A stretch of 64,000 nt of DNA, taken from Thermoplasmatales archaeon SW_10_69_26. GTDB taxonomy: Archaea; Thermoplasmatota; SW-10-69-26. Shown piece by piece: positions 1 to 8,484 of this stretch. Made by a program: the position numbers and the translations under genes. Positions within the stretch are counted from its first letter, which is position 1. Every line of letters begins with the position of its first letter. The notes beneath the pieces are model-generated. The model worked only from the letters and a program-made list of their open reading frames with translations, made no database searches and had not been told where the DNA came from. The stretch is taken from NCBI GenBank assembly GCA_003009755.1, contig PXUB01000032.1, positions 32,001 to 96,000 on the forward strand, read 5' to 3'.

Positions 1-1
1 T

Positions 2-418
2 CGACTCCTGCTGGTACTTGCCCTGGAGGAACAGCGCGTGCATCGCGACCTGACGATCGTTCGTCTCCACGTCCCGGTGCTGGCTGTGCAGCTCCCGCAG
101 CTCGCTGTTGCTCCAGGCGTACTCGGACCCCTTGGCGGGCAGGTCGGCGCTGGTGCGGACCTCGACGTTCTTGTTCGTGATCCGCTGCAGCTGCTGGCGG
201 ACGTCCTCGTCGACGCTCGTGCTCGTGTCCCAGTTCGAACCGGGCGAGTGGTCGAGCTCGACGACGAGCTTGCGCTGGCCGGTCAGGTAGGTCTCGTAGT
301 TGCTGCCGGGATCGCCGGCGGGTCCGCCGTTCTGGATGTCCTGGAACGCCTGGGTGCAGCCGCTCAACCCGGCGACGAGGACGAGGATCACGATGGCCTT
401 CGGCAGGAGGCCCTTCAC
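2..418 (-). CDS. Lipoprotein, 5' part only (runs off the window start); function uncertain
   Basis: Not in ORF track. Manual translation from GTG 418: MKGLLPKAIVILVLVAGLSGCTQAFQDIQ..., signal peptide with lipobox LSGC, acidic mature part, frame open to the window edge. Confidence 0.7.
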   Translation of the reverse strand, partial: MKGLLPKAIVILVLVAGLSGCTQAFQDIQNGGPAGDPGSNYETYLTGQRKLVVELDHSPGSNWDTSTSVDEDVRQQLQRITNKNVEVRTSADLPAKGSEYAWSNSELRELHSQHRDVETNDRQVAMHALFLQGKYQQES

Positions 419-504
419 AACCGCTATCAGGCCCGAGCGCCCGAAAAAGCTTGCCGTTTTCGCCCCACGGTCTCCGGGCGCGGAATGCCGAGACCGGCGC
501 GAGG

Positions 505-1647
505 TCAAAAGCGCCAGTAGCCCTCCCGTTCCCACGGGGGGTCGTCCAGTCGGTCGGCGGCGACGTCGCTGGGCCAGTGATCGAGCCGAGCCTGGCGGGC
601 CTCCTCGTCGACGAGCGAGGCCACCCGCACGCCCAGCAACCGCACCGGTCGGTCGACGTCGGCCTCGTCGAACAGCTCGAGCACGACGCGCTCGATCACG
701 TCGCCGTCGTCGGTGGCCGCCGGCAGCGTGCGTTGGCGCGTGAACGTCTCGAAGGAGTGCAGGCGGACCTTGAGCGCGATCGTGCGCCCCTGGTTGTCGG
801 TGTCGGCCAGCCGGCGCGCGGTCTCGGCCGCGATGGCCCCCAACGCGTCCCGCGCCTTCCCCGGCGTGACGTCCTCGGCGAACGTCCGCTCGGCGCCGAC
901 GCTTTTCCGCTCGCGCTCGGCCGTGACTGGCCGCTCGTCGTGGCCGCGCGCCAGCTCGACCATGCGCGGCCCCCAGGCCCCGAACCGGTCCTCCATCGCT
1001 TGGGGATCCTGCTCGGCGAGGTCGGCGACCGTCTGGATGCCCATCGGGTCCAGCGCTTCCCGGGTCTTGGGTCCGACGCCGGGGATCTCGTCGGCGTCCC
1101 GCGGCGCCAGGAAGGCTTCCACCTCCGAGGGCTGGACCACGGTGAGGCCGTCGGGCTTGTCCTCGTCGGCCGCGATCTTGGCCGCGAGCTTGTTGGGCCC
1201 GACCCCGATCGAGCAGGTGAGATCGCGCTCGTCCCGGATGCGGCGCCGCAGGGCCTCGGCCAAGCGCTGGGCGGCCGGCCAGTCCCCGTCGACGCGCTCG
1301 GTGACGTCGGCGTAGGCTTCGTCGATCGACACCGGCTCGAGCACGTCGACCGCGTCCCCGACGATGGCGAACACCTCGCGGCTCTCGGCCTCGTAGGCGT
1401 CGAACCGTGGCCGAAGGTAGACGCCGTGGGGGCAGTTGCGCCACGCCTGCGAGATCGGTTGCGCGCTGTGGACGCCGTAGCGGCGCGCCTCGTAGCTGGC
1501 CGCCGCCACGACGCCCCGCCCGCTGCCCTCCTCGGGGTCGGCGCCCACGATCACCGGCTTGCCTTCCAGGGACGGGTCCTCGCGCTGCTCGATCGAGGCG
1601 TAGAAGGCATCCATGTCCAGGTGGAGCACGATGCGGTCCCGGGTCAC
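505..1647 (-). CDS. dinB: DNA polymerase IV (Y family)
   Basis: HLDMDAFYASIEQ, AASYEARRYGVHSA, SIDEAY, NKLAAKIA..KPDG motifs; little-finger VRLLGV. Confidence 0.95.
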   Translation of the reverse strand: MTRDRIVLHLDMDAFYASIEQREDPSLEGKPVIVGADPEEGSGRGVVAAASYEARRYGVHSAQPISQAWRNCPHGVYLRPRFDAYEAESREVFAIVGDAVDVLEPVSIDEAYADVTERVDGDWPAAQRLAEALRRRIRDERDLTCSIGVGPNKLAAKIAADEDKPDGLTVVQPSEVEAFLAPRDADEIPGVGPKTREALDPMGIQTVADLAEQDPQAMEDRFGAWGPRMVELARGHDERPVTAERERKSVGAERTFAEDVTPGKARDALGAIAAETARRLADTDNQGRTIALKVRLHSFETFTRQRTLPAATDDGDVIERVVLELFDEADVDRPVRLLGVRVASLVDEEARQARLDHWPSDVAADRLDDPPWEREGYWRF

Positions 1648-1686
1648 CGGCGGCCCTCCCGTCGGCCCGTCGCCGAGCGTGCCATT

Positions 1687-3027
1687 CTAGGCCTGCCCGG
1701 CGCGCTCCAGCGCGGCCTCGATGGCGTCCTCGATGCCCGCGGATCGCTCGACCGCGTAGGGGGCCGGATCCTCCAACGTGGCTACCTCGGCCGGCAGCGC
1801 CTCGAGCTGGTCGGCGAACCGCTGGCGGGCCACCTGCGTCGCCTTGGCCGGGTCCCGGTAGGTGAGCGGTTCCAAAAGCGGCTGGCCGTTGCCCTCCTCG
1901 TCGACGCGAGCGATCACGTCGCCGATCATGCGGCCGTCCTCGAAGCGTCGGTACACCTGCTTGGCGGCCGGCAGCGTGCGCTTGCCCTCGCTGGTCTTCA
2001 TGACGGGCTCGCCCTCGTAGGCGGCCAGCTTGTAGGAGAGGTTCAGCGAGGGCGCATCGTCGGAGACGACCATCGAGGTGCCGACGCCGAACCCGTCCAC
2101 CGGCGCCCCCTCGGCGAGGATGCGCGCGATCTCGTGCTCGTCGAGCCCGCCGGACACGAACACGTCCACGTCCGCCAGCCCGGCCTCGTCCAGCCGGGCG
2201 CGAGCGCGCTCGGCCTCGGCGACGAGATCCCCGGAGTCGATGCGGACGCCGCCGATCTCCACGCCCTCGTCGGCGAGGTCCTCGGCCAGCTCGATCACCA
2301 TCTCGGTCGCCTGCTGGATGTCGAAGGTATCGATCAACAGCGTCGTGCCGTCCGGGAACGACCGCGCGAAGGAGGCCAGGGCCTCCCGCTCGTCGCCGAA
2401 GGCCTGCACGTAAGCGTGCGCCATCGTCCCGAAGCAGGGGATCTGCATCTCGCGGGCGGCGGACACGAGCGAGGTGCCGGCGAACCCGGCCACGTAGGCG
2501 GCGCGAGCCGCCGCTCGGCCCGCATCGAGGCCGTGGGCGCGCCGCGCCCCGAAGTCGACCATCGCGGCGGAGGCCTCGGCCTGGTCGAGGGCCAGCTGGC
2601 AGCGAGCCGCCTTCGAGGCGATCACCGTCTGCAGGTGGATCGTGTTCAACACGAGCGTCTCGACGAGCTGGGCCATCACCAGCGGGGCCTCGATCTGGAC
2701 GATCGGCTCGTAGGGGAACACCGCCGTGCCCTCCGGCATCGCCCGCACCCGGCCCTCGAAGGAGAACCCGTCGAGGTAACCGATCAGATCCCCCGACAGG
2801 CCCTGCTCCTCGAGGAAGGCCAGGTCCTCGTCGGTGAACGTGAACCGGTCGAGCCGCCGAGCCAGCGCCTGGGTCCCGCACACCGTCAGGAACCCGCGAT
2901 CGGTGGGGAGACCGCGGACGTGCAGGTCGAACACGGCCTCGCCCGTCTGCCCGTGGTCGAGGTAGGACTGAGCCATCGTGAACTCGTACAGGTCGGTGAA
3001 CGTGCCCAGCGGCTCAGCAGGAGGCAT
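1687..3027 (-). CDS. pncB: Nicotinate phosphoribosyltransferase
   Basis: FTDLYEFTM, DFGARRAH, GTMAH, RIDSGD, FGVGT motifs; start moved to ATG 3027. Confidence 0.93.
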   Translation of the reverse strand: MPPAEPLGTFTDLYEFTMAQSYLDHGQTGEAVFDLHVRGLPTDRGFLTVCGTQALARRLDRFTFTDEDLAFLEEQGLSGDLIGYLDGFSFEGRVRAMPEGTAVFPYEPIVQIEAPLVMAQLVETLVLNTIHLQTVIASKAARCQLALDQAEASAAMVDFGARRAHGLDAGRAAARAAYVAGFAGTSLVSAAREMQIPCFGTMAHAYVQAFGDEREALASFARSFPDGTTLLIDTFDIQQATEMVIELAEDLADEGVEIGGVRIDSGDLVAEAERARARLDEAGLADVDVFVSGGLDEHEIARILAEGAPVDGFGVGTSMVVSDDAPSLNLSYKLAAYEGEPVMKTSEGKRTLPAAKQVYRRFEDGRMIGDVIARVDEEGNGQPLLEPLTYRDPAKATQVARQRFADQLEALPAEVATLEDPAPYAVERSAGIEDAIEAALERAGQA

Positions 3028-3077
3028 CGTGGCCCGGATGCGGTCTCCCTGCCTTGATTTTCGCTGTCCCCCGCCGG

Positions 3078-3093
3078 GTCCCGCCCGTGGGAC
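3078..3093. promoter_or_regulatory. Palindromic candidate operator GTCCCGCCCGTGGGAC in the divergent pncB/aldolase promoter
   Basis: Inverted repeat; same core recurs at 8470 and 12483. Confidence 0.5.
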
Positions 3094-3226
3094 TCGGTGA
3101 AAACCACAACCCCGGACCGCGCCTCGTCCGTGGGCCCCGACGTGATCGCATGCCCGGCCCCCGCTCGCCCACGGCCCCCCGCGAACCACGCCTCTCGACC
3201 GACCCGCCTACCGCGCTCGGTGCACC

Positions 3227-4621
3227 ATGAGCCCGCCCGACCCCTGGTCGAGGTTCCCGGAGGGGGCGCTCGACGCCGTCGAGGTCACCGACGGCCAGGC
3301 CCGCGTCCTCGACGACAAGCGCGTCCGCGAGGACCTGGTCGGTCCGCTGGTCACCGTCGCCACCTTCGCCGCCGGGGAACGCAAGGCCACCGCCCAGGCC
3401 CTGATCCGGTCGTTGGCGCACGAGGTCGGCATCGAGGAGGCCTCGATCCACGAGCTGTACCGCGCCCGGGGACGAGGCGAGGTCGAGGGGTTCACCGTGC
3501 CGGCGATGAACCTCCGCACGATGACCTACGACATGGCCCGAGCTGCCTTCCGCGCCGCCGAGCGCGAGGACGTGGGCGCGCTCGTCTTCGAGATCGCCCG
3601 CAGCGAGATCGGGTACACCGGTCAATCGCCGGCCGAGTACGCCAGCGCCGTCCTCGGCGCCGCGATCCGCGAGGGCCACCGCGGCCCCGTGTTCCTGCAG
3701 GGCGACCACTTCCAGTTCGATCCCGAGGCCGTGGCGGAGGACGCCGACGCCGAGCAGGCTCGCATCGACGACCTCGCCGAGGAGGCGATCGAGGCCGGGT
3801 TCTACAACATCGACGTCGACGCCTCCACGCTCGTCGACCTCGACGAGGCGGACGTGGCCGACCAGCAACGCCCCAACGTCGACCGCACGCTGACCACGCT
3901 GGCCCGGATCCGGTCGCTGGAGCCGGTGACGGTGAGCGTCGGCGGCGAGGTCGGCGAGGTCGGCCTCGAGACGACGACCGAGCCCGAGCTGCGGGTCTTC
4001 CTCGAACAGCTGGACGACGGCTGCCAGCAGCGGGGCCTGGAGGGCATCAGCAAGGCCAGCGTGCAGACGGGCACCCAGCACGGCGGCGTCGTGCTCCCCG
4101 ACGGATCGTTGGCCGAGGCCGACGTCGACGTCGAGGCCGTGCGGCGCCTGTCGCGCCTGGCCCGCGAGCACGGTTTGGCCGGGTGCGTCCAGCACGGCGC
4201 CTCCACGCTGCGGGACGAGCTGTTCGCACGGTTCCCGGAGGCCGGCGCCGCCGAGATCCACCTGGCGACCGCCTTCCTCAACCTCGTCCTCGACCACGAG
4301 GCCTTCCCCGGCGAGCTGACTCGCCGCATCGAGGAGCACCTGGACGAGCATCTCGCCCACCGGCGCACGCCGGAGGCCACCGACGAGCAGTTCGTCTACC
4401 GCCACCGCAAGCGCGCGATGGGAGCCCTCAAGGAGCCGATGTGGCGCGTGGCCGAGGACCGCAAGCAGGCGATCTTCGCCGACCTCGAGGAGCGGTTCTC
4501 GTTCCTCTTCGACGAGCTGGGCGTCACGGGCACCACCGACACGGTCGACACCTACGTCACGCCGGACCCGGTCGAGCCCACCGTCCCCGAAGCGTGGCGA
4601 GCCGACCTCGCGGGCCGGTGA
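3227..4621 (+). CDS. fba: Class II fructose-bisphosphate aldolase family protein (long atypical form)
   Basis: FLQGDH, GGEVGEVG, GTQHGG, QHGAST metal-binding motifs; operon with pfkB. Confidence 0.8.
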   Translation: MSPPDPWSRFPEGALDAVEVTDGQARVLDDKRVREDLVGPLVTVATFAAGERKATAQALIRSLAHEVGIEEASIHELYRARGRGEVEGFTVPAMNLRTMTYDMARAAFRAAEREDVGALVFEIARSEIGYTGQSPAEYASAVLGAAIREGHRGPVFLQGDHFQFDPEAVAEDADAEQARIDDLAEEAIEAGFYNIDVDASTLVDLDEADVADQQRPNVDRTLTTLARIRSLEPVTVSVGGEVGEVGLETTTEPELRVFLEQLDDGCQQRGLEGISKASVQTGTQHGGVVLPDGSLAEADVDVEAVRRLSRLAREHGLAGCVQHGASTLRDELFARFPEAGAAEIHLATAFLNLVLDHEAFPGELTRRIEEHLDEHLAHRRTPEATDEQFVYRHRKRAMGALKEPMWRVAEDRKQAIFADLEERFSFLFDELGVTGTTDTVDTYVTPDPVEPTVPEAWRADLAGR

Positions 4622-4625
4622 TCGC

Positions 4626-5570
4626 GTGCCCGACCGAGAAGAGATCGTCACCCTGACGCTCAACCCGGCCCTCGACCAGGTCTGCTGGGTCGACGAGATC
4701 GAGGAGGAGGTCAAGATCCGCGCCCACGGGTCCTCCTTCGAGCCCGGCGGCGGCGGGATCAACGTCGCTCGCGCGCTGCACCAGCTCGACGTCGAAACCA
4801 CCGCCTACTGGTCCCAGGGCGCCGAGACCGGCCACATGATGGGTCGCCTGCTGGACCAGGAGGGCGTCGACCACCACCCCGTGGACATCGAAGCCACGAC
4901 CCGCGTGAACCTCGCCGTGTTCGCCGACCACAACGGCGACCGCGAGCTGATGTTCAACATGCCCGGCGCCCCCCTCACCGCGGACGAGGTGGACCGTTGG
5001 CTGCACGTCGTCGACGGCATCGACGCCCGGTTCGCCGTCCTCAGCGGCAGCCGCCCGCCCGACAGCGGCCACATCTACGGTCAGATCACGCGCCAGCTCA
5101 CCCGGCGATCGAAGGTCATCCTGGACACCAGTGGCCCGGGCCTCGAGCAAGCCCTCGAGGAGGGGGTGTTCCTCGCCAAGCCCAACCGCGAGGAGCTGAT
5201 CGCCCTCGCCGGCCGGGACGCGGCGACCCCCAGCGGTCTCGAGGCAGCCGCTCGGGACCTGATCGAGACCGGCATGGCCGAGATCGTGGTCGTCTCCCTG
5301 GCCGGCGAGGGGGCCCTGGCGGTGACCGATGGCGGCAGCGTGCGCGTGGATGCCCCGGTCGTCGAAGCCAAGAGCAACGTCGGCGCCGGCGACAGCATGG
5401 TGGCCGGCCTGACGCGCAAGCTCTCGGGCGGGTTCCAAGTCGAGGAGGCGGTCCGCTACGGGGTGGCGGCCGGCGCCGACGCCGCCCGCCGCCCCGGGAC
5501 CGAGCTGTGCACGCGTGACGGCGTGCGAGAGCTACTCGCCGGCACCACGCTGCACCGGTCCCTCCCGTGA
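4626..5570 (+). CDS. pfkB: PfkB-family (1-/6-phosphofructokinase type) hexose-phosphate kinase
   Basis: TLTLNPALD, PGGGGINVAR, LSGS, KPNREEL, VGAGDS. Confidence 0.9.
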   Translation: MPDREEIVTLTLNPALDQVCWVDEIEEEVKIRAHGSSFEPGGGGINVARALHQLDVETTAYWSQGAETGHMMGRLLDQEGVDHHPVDIEATTRVNLAVFADHNGDRELMFNMPGAPLTADEVDRWLHVVDGIDARFAVLSGSRPPDSGHIYGQITRQLTRRSKVILDTSGPGLEQALEEGVFLAKPNREELIALAGRDAATPSGLEAAARDLIETGMAEIVVVSLAGEGALAVTDGGSVRVDAPVVEAKSNVGAGDSMVAGLTRKLSGGFQVEEAVRYGVAAGADAARRPGTELCTRDGVRELLAGTTLHRSLP

Positions 5571-7379
5571 GCGCAACGCCTCGACGGCCGGCAGATCCTC
5601 GCCCGCCAACGCCGACAACAGGGCACCGCCCGCCAAGGAGACGTGATCGAAGCGATCCCGGGGCACGCCCAGCTGGGTTATCGCCTGCACCGTGTGACCG
5701 CCGCCGATGACGCTGTAGGCGTCGGCCTTGCCGGCGGCCGAGAACACCCGGTGGGTGCCCCGGTCGTAGGGCGTCTCCTCGTAGACGCCCATCGGGCCGT
5801 GCACGAGCAGCGTGCCGGCGTCGTTGGCGTGGTCGGCGAAGCTGTCGGCCGTGTCCTTCCCGATGTCGCGGATCCGGCCCCGGGCCGGCAGCTCGTCGAC
5901 GGGGACCTCGAAACGGTCGCCGTTGCGGTGGACCGCCACGTCGGTCGGCAACCGGATCCGGTCGCCGTAGGTGTCGAAAAGCGAGCGGGCCTGGCGGCCG
6001 TGCTCGCGGTAGCCGTGCTCCTCCAGCAGGGCTCGGGTGCCTTGCCCGGTGTTGACGCCGTCGGCTTCGAGGAACGAGGCCGCCAACAGGCCCCCGACGA
6101 GCACCTCGTCGACCCGGTCGCGCGCCAGCTGGTAGGCCATCGCATCCAGGCTCGCGCCCGGCTTGGCGCCGCCGAGCACGGCCACCCGCGGCTCGTCCTG
6201 GCGGCCGACGCGTTCGAGCGCCTCCAGCTCGGCCAACAGCCCCGGCCCGGCGAGGGCAGGCAGCAGTTCGGGGAACCCGACCAGCGAGGCGTGCGAGCGG
6301 TGGCACGCCGGGAACGCCTCGTTCACGAACACGTCCACCCGCGAGGCCACCGCCTGCACCCAATCGCGCCGGGCGTGCCCGCCGGGGCTGATGTCGGACA
6401 TCTCGCCCTCGGCCCGGCGCACGTTGCCCAAAAGCAAGACCTCGCCCGGCGCCACCGATCCGGCGGCCTCGAGCGCCCGATCGTCGTCGATCGCCTCGAC
6501 GTGGTCGACGGGGACCGCCAGCCTCTCGTCCAGGATCGCGGCGTGCTGGCCCAAGTCGAGGAAGTCCTCGCGCCCGGGGCGGCCTTGGTGGGCGAGGACG
6601 ACGACGCCGGCGCCGCGGTCGAGCAGCGTCTGGATCGTGTCCGCGGCCGCTTGCAACCGATCGCGGCCGACGATCCGGCCGTCCTCGACCGGCTCGTTGA
6701 CGTCCACCCGCAACAGGACGCGTCGATCCGTCAGCTCGGCGTCGTCGATCGTCGCCAGCAACCCGCTGGCGGCCTCGACCTCGGTCGGGGTCGGCGTCGG
6801 CACGCGCGCGCTCCGGCCGTCCTCGGCGTCGGTTCGGATCACGTCCAGCACGCGGCGAGCCAACAGCCCCAGCACCGGCTTGACGAAGCCGGTCCACCGG
6901 CTCAGGCGCTGGCGCCCGGTCTCGTCCAGGCCGCGGGCGCGGGCCTCCAGCACGAGCAGGCAGTTGTCCCCGTGGCGTTCGTGGATCGACAAGGACACCA
7001 CGCCCTTGGCGCCCGAGCCGGTGTGGGCCAGGAACCGTTCGGGGGTGAGGCTCTCGACGAGCTCGAGCGGGTTCCAGAACCGGCCCACGAGCCCGACCAC
7101 GATCTCGCGCCCGGGGGCCTCGGCCAGCGGGACGCAGGCGGGGTGGTCGAGCAGGTCGCCGACCGTCGTGTCGGGGGCGATCGGTTCGCGGTCGCCGGAC
7201 TGGAGGAAGGACAGCGCCATCTGCGGGAGCTCGCGCAGCCACGTGGCCGCGGCCAGCAGCTGGTCGTCGCCGATCTGCGCCGGCCGGATCGCCTCGTAGA
7301 CCTCGTCGGCGGGCGCGTCGACGGCGACCGAGCGCACCAGGCGCACGTCGTCGTCGGGGAGGAAACGATCGTTGAGCAT
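5532..7379 (-). CDS. pgk: Phosphoglycerate kinase with an extra ~200-aa N-terminal domain
   Basis: RVLLRVDVNEP, LAHQGRPG, HRSHAS, LGGAK, GPMGVYE, GGGHT, HVSLAGGA; PGK begins at about residue 205. Confidence 0.88.
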   Translation of the reverse strand: MLNDRFLPDDDVRLVRSVAVDAPADEVYEAIRPAQIGDDQLLAAATWLRELPQMALSFLQSGDREPIAPDTTVGDLLDHPACVPLAEAPGREIVVGLVGRFWNPLELVESLTPERFLAHTGSGAKGVVSLSIHERHGDNCLLVLEARARGLDETGRQRLSRWTGFVKPVLGLLARRVLDVIRTDAEDGRSARVPTPTPTEVEAASGLLATIDDAELTDRRVLLRVDVNEPVEDGRIVGRDRLQAAADTIQTLLDRGAGVVVLAHQGRPGREDFLDLGQHAAILDERLAVPVDHVEAIDDDRALEAAGSVAPGEVLLLGNVRRAEGEMSDISPGGHARRDWVQAVASRVDVFVNEAFPACHRSHASLVGFPELLPALAGPGLLAELEALERVGRQDEPRVAVLGGAKPGASLDAMAYQLARDRVDEVLVGGLLAASFLEADGVNTGQGTRALLEEHGYREHGRQARSLFDTYGDRIRLPTDVAVHRNGDRFEVPVDELPARGRIRDIGKDTADSFADHANDAGTLLVHGPMGVYEETPYDRGTHRVFSAAGKADAYSVIGGGHTVQAITQLGVPRDRFDHVSLAGGALLSALAGEDLPAVEALRSREGPVQRGAGE

Positions 7380-7403
7380 GGGAGGCGGAAGGCTTGACGG
7401 TCC

Positions 7404-8426
7404 TCAAGCGGTCTCCTGATCCCACATGTCCATGACGAGATCCGCGGTGCGCACGCTGTAGCCCCACTCGTTGTCGTACCACGAGAGGACCTTGACCATG
7501 CGCTCCTCGCAGACCTTCAGGCTCGGCGCGTCGACGACCGCGCTGTAAGGGGTCGTCTGGTAGTCGACGCTCACCAGCGGCTCGTCCTCGACGCGCAGGA
7601 TCCCCGCCAGCTCCTCGTCGGCGGCCTCGCGGTAGGCGGCGGTGACCTCGTCGGCGCTGGCGGTGTCGTTCATCCGCACGGTGAGGTCCACGACGGAGAC
7701 GTTGGGCACCGGTACCCGGATCGCCATCGCGTCGAGGCGGCCCTCCAGCTCCGGCATGACGGACCCGATCGCCTTGGCCGCCCCCGTCGAGGTGGGGATC
7801 ATCGAGACGGCGGCGGCGCGGGCGCGCCGCAGGTCGTCGTGCTCCCGGTCGAGGAGGACCTGGGAGTTCGTGTAGGCGTGCGCGGTCGTCACGAGGCCGT
7901 GCTGGATCCCGAACCGGTCGTGCAGGACCTTGGCGGTGGGGCCCAGGCAGTTCGTCGTGCACGAGCTGTTCGAGACGAGGCGATCCTCGCCGGGGTCGTA
8001 GGTGTCGCCGTTGACGCCGAGGACGAGCGTGGCGTCGACCTCGTCCTTCGGCGGTGCCGACAGCACGACGCGGTCGGCCCCGTTGTCGAGGTGGGTCTGC
8101 AGATCCGCGCGGTGCCGGAACTGGCCGGTGCACTCGATCACGTAGTCGACGTCGAACTTGTCCCAAGCCAGGTTGCTGGGATCGGGTTCGGAGAGCACGT
8201 GGAAGTGATCCCCGTCGATGACGAGGTCGCCGTCGACGAGCTCGACCTCGCCCTCGTAGGTCCCGTGCAGGCTGTCGTGCTTGAACAGGTGAGCCAGCGT
8301 CTCGTTGTCGGTCAGGTCGTTGATCGCGGCGATGTCGATCGGGTCCTCGTGGTCCAGCAGCGCCCGCAGCGCCAGGCGACCGATGCGTCCGAACCCGTTG
8401 ATCGCGATCCGAGGAGCCCGCGGCAT
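7404..8426 (-). CDS. gap: Type I (bacterial-type) glyceraldehyde-3-phosphate dehydrogenase
   Basis: INGFGRIGR, SNSSCTTNCL, IPTSTGAAKA, SWYDNEWGYS; start moved to ATG 8426. Confidence 0.96.
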   Translation of the reverse strand: MPRAPRIAINGFGRIGRLALRALLDHEDPIDIAAINDLTDNETLAHLFKHDSLHGTYEGEVELVDGDLVIDGDHFHVLSEPDPSNLAWDKFDVDYVIECTGQFRHRADLQTHLDNGADRVVLSAPPKDEVDATLVLGVNGDTYDPGEDRLVSNSSCTTNCLGPTAKVLHDRFGIQHGLVTTAHAYTNSQVLLDREHDDLRRARAAAVSMIPTSTGAAKAIGSVMPELEGRLDAMAIRVPVPNVSVVDLTVRMNDTASADEVTAAYREAADEELAGILRVEDEPLVSVDYQTTPYSAVVDAPSLKVCEERMVKVLSWYDNEWGYSVRTADLVMDMWDQETA

Positions 8427-8469
8427 GGCCCGCCGTTGGCCCTGGCTGGAGATTAAGGCTGGTTGCCAG

Positions 8470-8483
8470 TCCCACGCCTGGGA
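8470..8483. promoter_or_regulatory. Palindromic candidate operator TCCCACGCCTGGGA upstream of gap
   Basis: Perfect TCCCA-N4-TGGGA, 44 nt upstream of the gap ATG and just upstream of a TTAAT box. Confidence 0.55.
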
Positions 8484-8484
8484 G

